NCBI GenBank assembly: GCA_000166095.1
Contig: CP002278.1
Span: forward strand, 810,001-842,000
Direction: 5' to 3'
DNA length: 32,000 nt
Source of the DNA: Methanothermus fervidus DSM 2088
GTDB lineage: Archaea; Methanobacteriota; Methanobacteria; DSM-2088; Methanothermaceae
Part shown: positions 1 through 10,581 of the stretch, piece after piece
Numbering within the stretch: the stretch's first letter is position 1
How the letters are laid out: the number at the start of each line of letters is the position of its first letter
Position numbers and translations under genes: made by a program
Notes under the pieces: generated by a model
Databases searched by the model: none
What the model saw: the letters and a program-made list of their open reading frames with translations, nothing else
Told to the model about the DNA's origin: nothing

Positions 1-1
1 T

Positions 2-1039
2 AGATCTTGCATCCCATATTTTTTTTAAACTTTTAAAACCACTTTTTTCTTTTTTTTCAAATGAGAAATTTTCTATTATTTTTACAACATTATTCACAGA
101 TTTTTTAGAACCTTCAATTAAACTTTTAGCTTTGGGTTTTTTAAGATTTGGTAGATATTTAGGTATATCTTGAATTTTAACAATAGGTATGCCGACTTCT
201 TTAGCTAAATCAACACTTGCATGTTTATAGTGAAATCCAGCGACCTTTATTGATGGAATCTCTAAAACAGCGACTTCAATAGTTACACCCATACCAGCAC
301 AATAAATAACAGCGTTAGCATTTTTAATATAACTTAGAAGATCTACAAAACCTTCTAAAACTTTAACCTTTGAAGAAGTAATAAGACTTTTTATATAACT
401 AGTTTTAAATCTAAAAGGAACAATTAAAACTTTTTCATCTAGGGATTCAATTGTTTTTATCAACTTTGGAACATCATGATATTTAATGTCTCCTCCAAGT
501 ACCAACAAGATAAAATCATCTTCTTCACATGTTTTTATTTCAGATTCAAGAACATATAGGGCGTGTGGATACCCACCAATGTTTCTTACATTTTTTAATA
601 AATATTCTCTCTCTAAATATTCTTTATAATCTTTTGATGGAGCTGTAATAATATCTGCAAATGCTATCATTTCAATTGGGTTGTAAATATCCTGCTCAAT
701 ATGTAATACAGGAATATGGAGTATGTTAGCTGAGATAATTCCTTTCCTTACATCCCCAGCATTTCCACATGTTAGCAATAAATCAGGTTTAATTTTTCTT
801 AAAACTTTGGTAGTTCTAATTATGTCCTTAAATATTAAATAACAAGATTTTAACTTATTTTTTTTATAAGTTATTTTTCTACCTTTTCCAATATAATATA
901 ATGAAGAACAATATGGTTCCAATATATTTTTAACTTCTTTTCCATGCATTAATCCAATTATCTCATGCTCTTCTAGTCTTTTGATTATTGGAATAAAGGT
1001 TTTTGCTGGTGCTAACTCTGCTATAATACAAATTTTCAT
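2..1039 (-). CDS. Glycosyltransferase / UDP-GlcNAc 2-epimerase-like protein (GT-B-like fold), C-terminus truncated by window edge
   Basis: Hand translation from ATG at 1039 gives an open frame MKICIIAELAPAKTFIPIIKRLEEHEIIGLMHGKEVKNIL... to the window edge. It contains NIGGYPHALY and NAVIYCAGMGVTIEVAVLEIPSI, similar to donor-binding regions of MurG/epimerase-like proteins. It is absent from the ORF track because it has no stop in the window. ATGA overlap with the stop of the upstream gene. Confidence 0.6.
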   Translation of the reverse strand, partial: MKICIIAELAPAKTFIPIIKRLEEHEIIGLMHGKEVKNILEPYCSSLYYIGKGRKITYKKNKLKSCYLIFKDIIRTTKVLRKIKPDLLLTCGNAGDVRKGIISANILHIPVLHIEQDIYNPIEMIAFADIITAPSKDYKEYLEREYLLKNVRNIGGYPHALYVLESEIKTCEEDDFILLVLGGDIKYHDVPKLIKTIESLDEKVLIVPFRFKTSYIKSLITSSKVKVLEGFVDLLSYIKNANAVIYCAGMGVTIEVAVLEIPSIKVAGFHYKHASVDLAKEVGIPIVKIQDIPKYLPNLKKPKAKSLIEGSKKSVNNVVKIIENFSFEKKEKSGFKSLKKIWDARS

Positions 1040-2097
1040 TTTTTACACCTTTTTAAACATTTAAGTGCAAAAACAATTCCAAAGAAATACAATATCCAAA
1101 CAACTAAATCTGTAGGTCCAGTTTCAATCCATGTAAGTGCATGCGACATCATTATTGAATAAAATGCGGTGATCAATCCTTTTTCCTTCAATTGTAAATT
1201 ATGTAAAAATTTAAGTATGAAACCTAAAAGGAACATTTGAATCAACATTCCTCCAATACCAAAATCTAAAAGTGGAGGGCCAATTATTGTGGATGTAGTG
1301 GAATGATGATATCCAAGAACTTTTAAACCTACAATTGCTCTTGGATCAACTGACGTGAAAAATCCTACCAATGTGTAATAAAACAGTAAGCCATGAGTTA
1401 TCCCCTGAAGTTTCGTTGCCTTTTCCACAACTAAAAGTGTGTAACCTGCCCTATACAACAATAATTGTATTGGATTTAAAGTCCAATGTTGCCATTCTAT
1501 AAATTTGACAACTACGTATCCTAAAATTGAAATTATGAAGAATATAATTAGTATGCCTACTAACGAATATTCTACTGGTATTTTCTTTGTATAGTATAGT
1601 GTCATTAAGACGCTCAAAATTATAACAACTACAGGGGTTCTATAACCTGTCAATGAAAATAGAACCACACCCAGAATTAAAAATATAAAGTATTTTTTAT
1701 TGTAAAATTTGGCAAACAAAATATTTATGCTTGGTAAAAACAGCAAATATGAGAAAAACCAAAAAAGATTGACAGCCTTAGATTTTAAGTGACCACTAAA
1801 AAGAGGTATTCCCCCTAAATAATAAAAATTAAAAATCTGTAACACGAATGCTGTATAAATAAAATATTTTAAAAGATTTTTGTTTATTTGTAACTTACAT
1901 TTACAACCATCTCTCACAAATTTTACAGGATAAAAACCTAAGAGATAAAAAGCCATTGCAAATAAAAAATAAATATACACATACACAGATGGCAATTTAA
2001 GGCCCTTAATACCCATAAAACATCCCAATGTTGCTAGAAAAAGATAGAAAAGTAAAGCAAAAATAAAAATAAGAGGATGAAATATATCTTTGCTCAC
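1036..2097 (-). CDS. Polytopic membrane protein, probable oligosaccharide repeat unit (O-antigen/Wzy-like) polymerase
   Basis: 353-aa ORF with about 10 hydrophobic segments and a Wzy-like pattern (YYLGGIPLFSG...LFSLTGYRTPVVVIIL). Adjacent to a glycosyltransferase-like gene. Confidence 0.6.
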   Translation of the reverse strand: MSKDIFHPLIFIFALLFYLFLATLGCFMGIKGLKLPSVYVYIYFLFAMAFYLLGFYPVKFVRDGCKCKLQINKNLLKYFIYTAFVLQIFNFYYLGGIPLFSGHLKSKAVNLFWFFSYLLFLPSINILFAKFYNKKYFIFLILGVVLFSLTGYRTPVVVIILSVLMTLYYTKKIPVEYSLVGILIIFFIISILGYVVVKFIEWQHWTLNPIQLLLYRAGYTLLVVEKATKLQGITHGLLFYYTLVGFFTSVDPRAIVGLKVLGYHHSTTSTIIGPPLLDFGIGGMLIQMFLLGFILKFLHNLQLKEKGLITAFYSIMMSHALTWIETGPTDLVVWILYFFGIVFALKCLKRCKK

Positions 2098-2111
2098 TAA
2101 ATCACCAAAAA

Positions 2112-3704
2112 TTAATTATTTAAAATCATGAAAACTGCATCCTCAACGTTTTTCAACGATTTAACTTCTTCTAAAACATCTTCAGGTACCTTTTGATCTA
2201 CTTTGAGTACCATTACAGCTTCTCCACCAGGTTTTTCTCTTCCTACTTGCATTATTGCAATATTTATATCATGTTCTCCAAGCTTTGTTCCAATTGCACC
2301 AATAGTTCCTGGCAAATCGCGATACTTAACAATCATCATGTTCCCTTTAGGTTCAACATCTACTTTATAACCGTTTATATTGATAATTTTTGGCTTATTG
2401 GTGTAAGTTCCTTCAATACTAAACTTTTCACTTTTTGTTTCTACATCTATCTGTATTACAGACTTATAATTATCTGCTTTTGGTCTTCTACTCTCCGTTA
2501 CAACTATACCTCTCTTTTCCGCAATTGTATGTGCATTGACAATATTTACAGGTTCTGTTAAGATGGGATTTAAAATATTCTGCAATAAAGTCCTTGTTAA
2601 AACATCAAGACTTTTGAATTCTGAAATCTCACCAGCATAAACAACATTTAGACTTTTTATTTTGTCTGGTGCAAGTTGTGTAATCATCAAACCCATTTTT
2701 TCACACAATTCTATATAAGGTTTCAAAAGTTTAAAAGATTCTCTGTCTAGAGAAGGCATATTAATAACATTTTGTGGTGGCTTACCATCAAATATTCTTT
2801 TTATTTCATTTGCAACTATTATGGCTGCATCTCTTTGTGCCTCGACTGTAGATGCACCTATATGTGGTGTCAAAACAACATTGTCAAATTCAAGTAATGG
2901 ACTATCTGAAGGTGGTTCTTCTTCAAACACATCTAAAGCTGCACCAGCAATTTCATTGTTTTCTAATGCTTCAATTAATGCTTCTTCGTCAATTATTCCT
3001 CCTCTAGCACAATTTATAATATATGCAGAATTTTTCATCATCTTTAATTCTCTTCTGGATATAAGGTGTTTAGTTTCCTTTGTTAGAGGAACATGTATAG
3101 TTACAATGTCCGATTTTTTTAACAATTCATCTAATTCAACTAGTGTTGCTCCTACACTTTCTGCACTTTCTTCATCAATATAAGGATCATATGCAAGTAT
3201 CTTCATTCCAAATGCTCTTGCTCTCAATGATACTTGAGATCCTATCCTACCTAACCCTATGATCCCAAGGACTTTATCCTTAAGTTCTATCCCCATAAAT
3301 TTACTTCTGTTCCATTCACCCCTCCTAACAGATTTATCAGCAAGGACGATTTTTCTTGCTAAAGTTAACATTAAACCCATCGTATGTTCAGCAACTGTTA
3401 TAGATGTTGATTCTGGTGCATTCACAACCATTATTCCTTTTTCTGTTGCAGCACCTACATCTATGTTATCAACTCCAACACCTGCTCTTGCTATGATCTC
3501 TAAATTTTTTCCAGCTTCTATAACCTCCCTTGTGACTTTTGTTCCACTTCTTACAACTAAGGCATTATATTTACCAATCTCATCAATTAATTCTTCTTGG
3601 CTCATATCTGTTTTTACAGTTACGTCTGCAATTTTTTCTAACTCTTTAATTCCTTTTTCATTAATGGGGTCTGTAACTAGTATTTTTTTCATGATTTCCA
3701 CCAC
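2112..3704 (-). CDS. serA: D-3-phosphoglycerate dehydrogenase
   Basis: 530 aa; [29 protein letters not shown] Rossmann motif, [25 protein letters not shown] domain and C-terminal ACT domain ([28 protein letters not shown]). The likely true start is ATG at 3692 (MKKILVTD) preceded by GGTGG; the track start is a GTG. Confidence 0.97.
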   Translation of the reverse strand: MVEIMKKILVTDPINEKGIKELEKIADVTVKTDMSQEELIDEIGKYNALVVRSGTKVTREVIEAGKNLEIIARAGVGVDNIDVGAATEKGIMVVNAPESTSITVAEHTMGLMLTLARKIVLADKSVRRGEWNRSKFMGIELKDKVLGIIGLGRIGSQVSLRARAFGMKILAYDPYIDEESAESVGATLVELDELLKKSDIVTIHVPLTKETKHLISRRELKMMKNSAYIINCARGGIIDEEALIEALENNEIAGAALDVFEEEPPSDSPLLEFDNVVLTPHIGASTVEAQRDAAIIVANEIKRIFDGKPPQNVINMPSLDRESFKLLKPYIELCEKMGLMITQLAPDKIKSLNVVYAGEISEFKSLDVLTRTLLQNILNPILTEPVNIVNAHTIAEKRGIVVTESRRPKADNYKSVIQIDVETKSEKFSIEGTYTNKPKIININGYKVDVEPKGNMMIVKYRDLPGTIGAIGTKLGEHDINIAIMQVGREKPGGEAVMVLKVDQKVPEDVLEEVKSLKNVEDAVFMILNN

Positions 3705-5054
3705 TTAGCCACATTCTAATGCTGCACGAGTAAAGTTAGCAGCAAATTTTGGATAAGATGCAACATGTATATGCATATAATTTGCAAGAGTGTTATTTGA
3801 TATTAATCCATCTTTCGAATTAACAATTCCTCTACCTCTCATGATTCTAAATGCAAATTTTGGATTGCCAGTTATCTTTATTTTAGAATAATGAAATTCA
3901 TGTCCTTTTATAATTTCTCCTTTCGAACTAATAATGTTGTTATTCTCAACTTTTGCTATAACATAACTTAATCCCTGAACGTTTTTAGTCATTTTTGCTA
4001 TATGTGGATAAATTCCACACATTTTAGCACTATCTAATGCCTTCATAAGGTACATAAGGCCTCCACATTCAGCATATATGGGTCTACCATCCATATGAAA
4101 TTTTTTAATTGATTTACGCATTGATATATTTCTTTCTAATTCTTTACTAAATATCTCTGGATATCCTCCCCCTATATATATGCCATCCACATCAGGAATC
4201 ATCTCATCTTCGCAAGGACTAAACTTTATTATTTTAGCATTGTTATCCTCTAAAGCCTCAATATTTTCTTGATAATAGAAAGTAAATGCCTTATCATATG
4301 CAAGACCTATCTTCACTCTTTTCTTATTTTCCTTAACCCATAGAGATTCTCTTGAAGATGGTATCTTACCAGCATCTTTCATTATTTCCTTTAGCATGTC
4401 AATATCAATGTTTTCTTCAACAACCTTAGCCCATCTATCGATGTATTCAATGATTTTTTTATTCTCCACCGCAGGTATTAAGCCCAAATGTCTCTGCTTC
4501 ACTGTTAATTCTTTTTTTCTTGGAATACCTCCAAGAACTTTCACGTCTGTAAGTGACTCTATAGCTTTTTTTGTTTTTAAATAATGTCTACGATTTTTAA
4601 TAAAATTTAATATTACACCCTCTATTTTTACTCTTGGATCTAATTTTTCAAAACCAAGAATTATAGCTGCAGCACTTTTCACCAAACTTCTTGTATTCAT
4701 TATTAACACAACAGGAGAATTAAGTGCCAATGCTATCGAAGATGTTGATCCAACGTCACTAATTGGACTTATACCTTCATAAAGACCTCTCACTCCCTCA
4801 ATTATACCGGCTTTTGCATTTGATATTTCTAAACCTCTACAAAATGCTTCCCTAATTTGATCATCTGACATAAAAAATGAGTCCAAATTTCTGGAAGGTA
4901 CTCCCGTGGCAAGATAGTGATAAGTTGGATCTATATAATCAGGGCCAACTTTGAAGGGTTGAACTTTCATTTCTTTTGATAGAGCCCTCATTATACCTGT
5001 AGATATGGTTGTTTTCCCTACAGCGCTTCCGGTTCCCGCCAATACTACTCGCAT
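3705..5054 (-). CDS. cfbB: Cobyrinate a,c-diamide synthase / Ni-sirohydrochlorin a,c-diamide synthase (CbiA/CfbB family)
   Basis: 449 aa; [20 protein letters not shown]-loop, [28 protein letters not shown], and class I glutamine amidotransferase-like IYIGGGYPE and [10 protein letters not shown]. Cobyrinate versus Ni-sirohydrochlorin substrate cannot be decided from sequence alone. Confidence 0.88.
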   Translation of the reverse strand: MRVVLAGTGSAVGKTTISTGIMRALSKEMKVQPFKVGPDYIDPTYHYLATGVPSRNLDSFFMSDDQIREAFCRGLEISNAKAGIIEGVRGLYEGISPISDVGSTSSIALALNSPVVLIMNTRSLVKSAAAIILGFEKLDPRVKIEGVILNFIKNRRHYLKTKKAIESLTDVKVLGGIPRKKELTVKQRHLGLIPAVENKKIIEYIDRWAKVVEENIDIDMLKEIMKDAGKIPSSRESLWVKENKKRVKIGLAYDKAFTFYYQENIEALEDNNAKIIKFSPCEDEMIPDVDGIYIGGGYPEIFSKELERNISMRKSIKKFHMDGRPIYAECGGLMYLMKALDSAKMCGIYPHIAKMTKNVQGLSYVIAKVENNNIISSKGEIIKGHEFHYSKIKITGNPKFAFRIMRGRGIVNSKDGLISNNTLANYMHIHVASYPKFAANFTRAALECG

Positions 5055-5077
5055 TAAATGCCTCCTAATAATAAAAA

Positions 5078-6277
5078 TTAAGGTCCAAAATGGCCAAGTT
5101 CTGTCTGTACAATCACAGTTTTTAACCCAATGTTATTTAAAATTTCCTTTACTTCCAACATTTCATAAAAACTAGGTCTTTTTATATTTTTCCTCCTGAA
5201 CTCTGGTCTATAATCAAGTACACAAATTTGAACTTCGTCATTCATTTTGTAGATTTCGTCTCCAATTTTTTTAACTTCTTGTTTTGAGATAAGTTCCTTA
5301 TTGTAAGGAATTCCAATCCCTAAAAATACTTCATCCAAATAATTATCTATTATATATTCAACAGCTTTCCATGAAGTGTTAAGATACTTTTTTGCAATAT
5401 TTTCGTCAGCTAAACCAGTTATGTTCATAAAGGTGGAAACTTTTTTTGCCTTGATATCTATTCCAATATCAGTCATTCCAACTTCTATCAATTCATCTAT
5501 ATACTTTTTAGTTAGGATAGTTCCATTGGTATCCACATGTATATGAACATTCTCATCTTTTTCTCTAATTGATTTTATAAGTTCAATAAGCCATTTTTTA
5601 TTTAATGTACATTCTCCACCAGATATTGCTATTCTATTTACTTTATACTTGTTTTTTAAATTTAGCAATATTTCAGCAGTTTTTTGAGCTTTTAATAAAT
5701 ATCCACCAGCTGTGAATGCTATTACATGATTTTGACATTGAGGACATCTCAAATTACATCCATGCGTAAACACTACAACCTCTATAGGTCTATTGTATGA
5801 TTTGAGCCAATAAGGTGTACCAACACCGCCTACACTATGGGGGCCAAAACCACTTACAACTCTTATATCTCTTTCATTTACTTTTGTTTTTATTTTCATC
5901 CCATTTTTTAGTGGTGTACAACAAGCTAAAACTGGTTTTTTATTTACTTCAACGATACATGCATAACATGCGGCAGAATTACATGGAACAAATACTTTAT
6001 CCTCTTCTGGAAACTTCGTGAATTTTGAACAAGATTTTAAAGCATCTTTTATAGTGCCAGAAGCAATGACTTTCTCTCCATCAACAAAAACAGTCTTTTT
6101 TTCATGTTTATATTTTTCCAAAATTAATGCTTCCCTTGGACATGCAATGATGCATAAACCACAACCAATACATTTATTATTCTTAATACTGTCCTTCACA
6201 TTTCCCATAGGACATGCAACTGAAGCACAAATACCACAGTTTATACATTTTTCTGATAATAATTTTGCTATCATCAT
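5078..6277 (-). CDS. Radical SAM protein with N-terminal 2x[4Fe-4S] ferredoxin domain and a plant-type [2Fe-2S]-like domain; activating-enzyme-like
   Basis: [13 protein letters not shown] and [12 protein letters not shown]; [24 protein letters not shown] (C-x4-C-x2-C-x11-C); radical SAM motif [13 protein letters not shown]; ISGGECT. Confidence 0.88.
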   Translation of the reverse strand: MMIAKLLSEKCINCGICASVACPMGNVKDSIKNNKCIGCGLCIIACPREALILEKYKHEKKTVFVDGEKVIASGTIKDALKSCSKFTKFPEEDKVFVPCNSAACYACIVEVNKKPVLACCTPLKNGMKIKTKVNERDIRVVSGFGPHSVGGVGTPYWLKSYNRPIEVVVFTHGCNLRCPQCQNHVIAFTAGGYLLKAQKTAEILLNLKNKYKVNRIAISGGECTLNKKWLIELIKSIREKDENVHIHVDTNGTILTKKYIDELIEVGMTDIGIDIKAKKVSTFMNITGLADENIAKKYLNTSWKAVEYIIDNYLDEVFLGIGIPYNKELISKQEVKKIGDEIYKMNDEVQICVLDYRPEFRRKNIKRPSFYEMLEVKEILNNIGLKTVIVQTELGHFGP

Positions 6278-6281
6278 GAAA

Positions 6282-9200
6282 TTAAATGAAATCCATTAAT
6301 GATGTTTGTTTCAGTTTTTCGTTTTCAAACAATGATTTTATTGTAGATTCTAATAATTTAATTCTTTGCTTAACATATGGATCTAAAGGATATTCTTCCT
6401 TTAATTTAGTTGCAACATCAAGATACTTTATTACAGATCCTTTAGAAACTGTTAAAACTAAATTTCCTCCACATTCGCATTTACCAGAAAGAGGTATTCG
6501 CCTATATTTCTTATTACACGTTGTACATCTAACTTTTTGTCTTAAAAATGCCCTTACATTGCCTGCTATATCTGGAAGGAAATGAGAAACTAAAACTCTT
6601 TCAGCAGTGTCTTTATGGTCAACAGCTCTTATTTTTTTTGCCAATGATAATTGTGAATCAACTTTTTCTTCCATTTTACCTAATTTCTTATATAAGCATG
6701 TTTTTGGAGCACCGTCAATCTTCGAGGTATTATGTGAAAACCATAACTGTTTATATTGTTTGGAAGTACCAAGATGTTTTTTAACGTTGTCTATTAATTT
6801 TTCAACTTTACTAGGATCTGCATATTTCATTGTTTCATTGTAAAACTCTAATGGAAGTTCCTGCATAGTATCTATATTATGTGCTTCATCATCTATTTCT
6901 TCTGGATCTATTCTAGTTGATAATACCAGTGGTGCATCCATACTTCCTCCACGTTTTTCAGGTAAGTAATATTTGCTAAAGTTCAGTAATGCATCGAGAA
7001 GTAACATGACAGAGTCTTCATCGCCATCGCATTGGTGTGTCAAAATGTTTTCATTTATTAAAATTGTGTGGTAATTGTCAACATTTAATGAATAAACATA
7101 GTCTTCTTTTGGTTTTATGATTTCTATCTTCTTTACTTTTAAGATCTTTCCATCCTTTTCTTCAGTATTTGAAATTTTTAATATTGCTTCATTTCCATTA
7201 TATTCATATTTACCAAATATACCAAGCTTTGATATTAACAATAAATCTATTTCCTCTAGCAATTCTTTCTTACCTCTAATTCTTAAATCATCGTCTGTAG
7301 CTATTTTAATCATCTCATGAATTTTCTCTTTTGACAAGTTAAATACAAAATCAGGAAGTTTATTGTTTCTCAAATCTTTAAGGAATGGTTGTGAAGAATC
7401 TAAAATTAATTTACCATTATTTTTATCATAATTGTTACCAAAAACTTTTTTAACATATTTTTCTGCAGAAGAAGGTAAAGTTACTTTATCTCCACAATTT
7501 TCACCCTCTCTCAAATAATATCCAATTATTTTTACCATTGAATCCAACTTTGGATCATCATAATTCTTTTCATTTAATCTAACTCTTGGTATAAAAATTG
7601 AATCTCCTTTTTGAACTTCAAATGCTCTTTTTTCTTTAAATTTTCCATCTTCATAAACAATTACAGGATGATCAATGGTTGTTTCAAAACTCCTATTATC
7701 CTCAAGTATGATTTTAATAAGATGATCTGTTGTAGGAACTTTTAAAACCTCTTTTATATCACTTAAAACAACTTTTTTCTTGTTTTTATCAAAAGAATAT
7801 GCTTTTATATTATGGTCTGTCCGATCTCTAACATATGCCTTATTCTCATTCTTTTCATTGTAAAATTTCTCATATAACTCGTCAATCCTCATCTTGGAGA
7901 TTTTACCATCTATTTGCACAAGTATTTTTGAATCTCCTGGGAAACAATTTCTTCTTTTTGCAGCATGGAAATATGGATGTGCATAACATGCGGAAGCCTT
8001 TGTAAATCCAATGATTCTACCCACAATTGCAGCAGACGTATGGGGTGCTAAAGCAGCTACAAGATGTCCAACAAGATCCTCCTTTTTCTTTACATTGTAA
8101 AATCTTGGTAGGCCATAATATTTTTCCAACAAATCATCTACAAAATTTGCAACCTTCATAAGATATGATGCACAATCTTCAGAAATTATAATGTCTTGAA
8201 CTTTCAATTCTAAAATCTGATCATCACTCACAAGATCTCTACCATAACAATCTTTTTTATATCCTAACTCTTTCAACTTTTCTATGTCAACTCCTATTTC
8301 CTTTGGTGTGAAATGTGTTAATGGAAGGTTTGTTGAATCATGCCGGATTGTTCCATCTTTAAACGTTGATACTCCATTTTTAGCTCTTAATATTCCTTTT
8401 TCAAGTGCTTCTGGAAGTTTCTTACTTGATATCATTCCTTCTACGCCTTTAATTTCGTCTAATCCACGAGTGTTGGTGTTTTTGTATGCCCTTTCAAGCA
8501 TGGATTTTATATTTATTTTTCTTTTCTTTGGATTGAGTAATTCTGTTTTTGACTTACAATATGGGCATACAGACCTAAATGAATTTATCTTACATTTTTT
8601 ACATCTTCTACGTGAAATCTCAACAGTTATATTTACTTTTTTTGCAGCCTCTACAATATTTCTTCTGTTACCTCCACTTTTACCTATTGGGAATAATACA
8701 TGTGGAGCTGGTCTCATTCTCCTTTCTTTACTTTTTTCAGGTCTTCCTATTCTTCCTCCAATATATGTAGGAGCTTTAGGCATTATTTTTACTGGGGAAA
8801 TCTTATTTAAAGCTTTTAAAGGATCATCTAAGCTTTCATCTAATGGTTTTCTTAAGGTATTTAGTAATGCATAAGCATGATCATCCTTTATTATCACCTT
8901 TGAGTCTTTTATATGGTGAGGAACTCCCAATTTTTCTAATATTTTCTTTTCATCGCTTATTTTAAGACGTAAGCCTTTACCACTTATGTATTTAGATGAT
9001 CTCAACCAATTGTATAATCTATTTAATTCTTTGACACTCACGTCATGGTAAAAGTATGTATATTTAGGATGAAGAGGAACATTATATTTCTTTGATATTT
9101 CAAACGCTTCTTTAGCATTTTTGGGTTCTATATCTTTATTAAGAAGTTTTTTCCACCATTCTTCACACCATGCAGAAGGCATAAAAGGGTGGTTGTTATT

Positions 9201-10406
9201 TATAAATTCACCAGGAGCTACTAGGATGTCACCTAAAAACAATATTTCATCTATTTCATTTTTAATTTTCCTGGCTTCTTCTCTACTTTTAACTTTTATG
9301 ACATCTCCATTCTTTAATTTAACAATAGGTCCTTCAACACTATCTACAGGAACAACACAATTTCCTTTTCCCGGTCTTTCAATTTTCATCTGAGTTCCTA
9401 CTGCTGTAAATTCCAATATTTCCATTGTAGCAGGGTGTAATCCCATGGCTGCCAAACCAGTATTCCTTGCCCTTCCATATCTTAATCTAAAACCACCTTT
9501 TTTTGAAGGATAAGCCAAAACTGGTCTTCCACCAATTACATCTTTTAAATATTTATCATTGGGTTTTACATTGACTTCTTCTTCATCTTCCTCTACTTTT
9601 AAAAATTTTTTTAACCATTTCCAATTATCTAAATTTAATTTTTCAGCATATTTTACAACCTTTGAAGCCTTTTGTATTAATCCTTCTACAAGCACTAATA
9701 AGGCTCCACCACGTAAATGATTTGTTTCGACTCTCTCAAGGTTACGATATGATACTTCAATTTTGTCTGTTGGTTCACCTGTTATCTCTACAGGTATATT
9801 ACTAGCAACTAATCTCACTTCATCTGGAGATGGAGAATATTGAAAATTAGTTACTTCTGATTCATATAATTCAACTTCTTCCACATACCTCTCTATTTCT
9901 TCTTCAATTGGTTTATAAACATCTAAACCTAATTCTTTACGGATATAATCAGCTATAAGTACAGAAAGTGCTGATGCTGTCCCACCAGCACTACGAATAG
10001 GTCCTGCATAATATACTGATAAATATTTAGTACCATCATAATTATCTTTAATTTTAACTTTAGCAATTCCTTCAATAGGGGCTGCCACAACACCTTCAGT
10101 AAGCACTGCCATAGAAGTTCTTAAAGCCTGTTCAGCCATTTTTTCCTTGTTATTACCTTTTGATACAATTTTTTTGGCTATAGTGAATGCTATGTTTTCT
10201 CTACTTATGCCTTTTTCTTCTAGCTTTTTTATTTCTTTTGATATACCTTTGGGACCTACAATACCTTCTACTCTTTCTGCTAAATCTTTAGCTAATGGAA
10301 TTTCAGGCGTTGGACTAGGATCAAGTCCTTTTGATCTTGCTGTTTCGGCAATTTTATATACTTTTTTAATTTCTTTTTCTAAAGAATCAAAATACTCGTT
10401 TACCAT
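6282..10406 (-). CDS. polC: Archaeal DNA polymerase D (Pol II) large subunit DP2, intein-containing precursor
   Basis: Track ORF 6282..10421 starts at a TTG. ATG at 10406 (MVNEYFDSLEKEI) is preceded by GAGGG and is preferred. DP2 motifs: YYAGPIRSAGGTASALSVLIADYIR, GRPVLAYPSKKGGFRLRYGRARNTG, APTYIGGRIGRPEKSKER, HPYFHAAKRRN/CDGDEDSVMLLLDALLNFSKYYLPEKRGG, C-terminal zinc ribbon CTTCNKKYRR...CECGG. Confidence 0.97.
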   Translation of the reverse strand: MVNEYFDSLEKEIKKVYKIAETARSKGLDPSPTPEIPLAKDLAERVEGIVGPKGISKEIKKLEEKGISRENIAFTIAKKIVSKGNNKEKMAEQALRTSMAVLTEGVVAAPIEGIAKVKIKDNYDGTKYLSVYYAGPIRSAGGTASALSVLIADYIRKELGLDVYKPIEEEIERYVEEVELYESEVTNFQYSPSPDEVRLVASNIPVEITGEPTDKIEVSYRNLERVETNHLRGGALLVLVEGLIQKASKVVKYAEKLNLDNWKWLKKFLKVEEDEEEVNVKPNDKYLKDVIGGRPVLAYPSKKGGFRLRYGRARNTGLAAMGLHPATMEILEFTAVGTQMKIERPGKGNCVVPVDSVEGPIVKLKNGDVIKVKSREEARKIKNEIDEILFLGDILVAPGEFINNNHPFMPSAWCEEWWKKLLNKDIEPKNAKEAFEISKKYNVPLHPKYTYFYHDVSVKELNRLYNWLRSSKYISGKGLRLKISDEKKILEKLGVPHHIKDSKVIIKDDHAYALLNTLRKPLDESLDDPLKALNKISPVKIMPKAPTYIGGRIGRPEKSKERRMRPAPHVLFPIGKSGGNRRNIVEAAKKVNITVEISRRRCKKCKINSFRSVCPYCKSKTELLNPKKRKINIKSMLERAYKNTNTRGLDEIKGVEGMISSKKLPEALEKGILRAKNGVSTFKDGTIRHDSTNLPLTHFTPKEIGVDIEKLKELGYKKDCYGRDLVSDDQILELKVQDIIISEDCASYLMKVANFVDDLLEKYYGLPRFYNVKKKEDLVGHLVAALAPHTSAAIVGRIIGFTKASACYAHPYFHAAKRRNCFPGDSKILVQIDGKISKMRIDELYEKFYNEKNENKAYVRDRTDHNIKAYSFDKNKKKVVLSDIKEVLKVPTTDHLIKIILEDNRSFETTIDHPVIVYEDGKFKEKRAFEVQKGDSIFIPRVRLNEKNYDDPKLDSMVKIIGYYLREGENCGDKVTLPSSAEKYVKKVFGNNYDKNNGKLILDSSQPFLKDLRNNKLPDFVFNLSKEKIHEMIKIATDDDLRIRGKKELLEEIDLLLISKLGIFGKYEYNGNEAILKISNTEEKDGKILKVKKIEIIKPKEDYVYSLNVDNYHTILINENILTHQCDGDEDSVMLLLDALLNFSKYYLPEKRGGSMDAPLVLSTRIDPEEIDDEAHNIDTMQELPLEFYNETMKYADPSKVEKLIDNVKKHLGTSKQYKQLWFSHNTSKIDGAPKTCLYKKLGKMEEKVDSQLSLAKKIRAVDHKDTAERVLVSHFLPDIAGNVRAFLRQKVRCTTCNKKYRRIPLSGKCECGGNLVLTVSKGSVIKYLDVATKLKEEYPLDPYVKQRIKLLESTIKSLFENEKLKQTSLMDFI
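7032..7946 (-). other. Intein (about 305 aa) inserted in DP2 between ...HAAKRRN and CDGDED...
   Basis: Starts CFPGDSKILV (block A), TTIDHPVIVY (block B, TxxH), ends VYSLNVDNYHTILINENILTHQ (blocks F/G) followed by +1 Cys. 915 nt in frame; removing it restores the contiguous conserved extein KRRNCDGDED. Confidence 0.95.
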
Positions 10407-10513
10407 GAATTTATCCCTCAATGATAAATTTTGTCCTTTTGTATCATCTAAAAAAACATTTATTATGTTTTTTATTATAGTTTTTTCTTAAAAAATAAAA
10501 TTAAAATAATTTT

Positions 10514-10528
10514 GAAAAAAGTTATATA
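10514..10528 (+). promoter_or_regulatory. Putative BRE/TATA promoter for the CobN-like gene
   Basis: GAAAAAAG-TTATATA; TATA element at 10522-10528 about 54 nt upstream of the start, in the divergent intergenic region. Confidence 0.55.
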
Positions 10529-10569
10529 CAACTTTACAATACCAATGAAATAAAAGTAATAACAAAAAA

Positions 10570-10577
10570 GGAGGTGA
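10570..10577 (+). promoter_or_regulatory. Shine-Dalgarno of CobN-like gene
   Basis: GGAGGTGA followed by aaaag and TTG start at 10582. Confidence 0.8.
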
Positions 10578-10581
10578 AAAG

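Noticed and set aside
2193-3708. Plus-strand ORFs (2193..2561, 2821..3183, 3259..3708) opposite serA
   Set aside because: They are antisense shadows of a highly conserved gene and have no family resemblance or plausible SD context.
8284-10491. Plus-strand ORFs opposite polC (8284..8874, 9121..9393, 10147..10491 and others)
   Set aside because: Complement of conserved DP2 coding sequence; low-complexity Phe/Leu/Ser-rich translations typical of antisense frames in an AT-rich genome.
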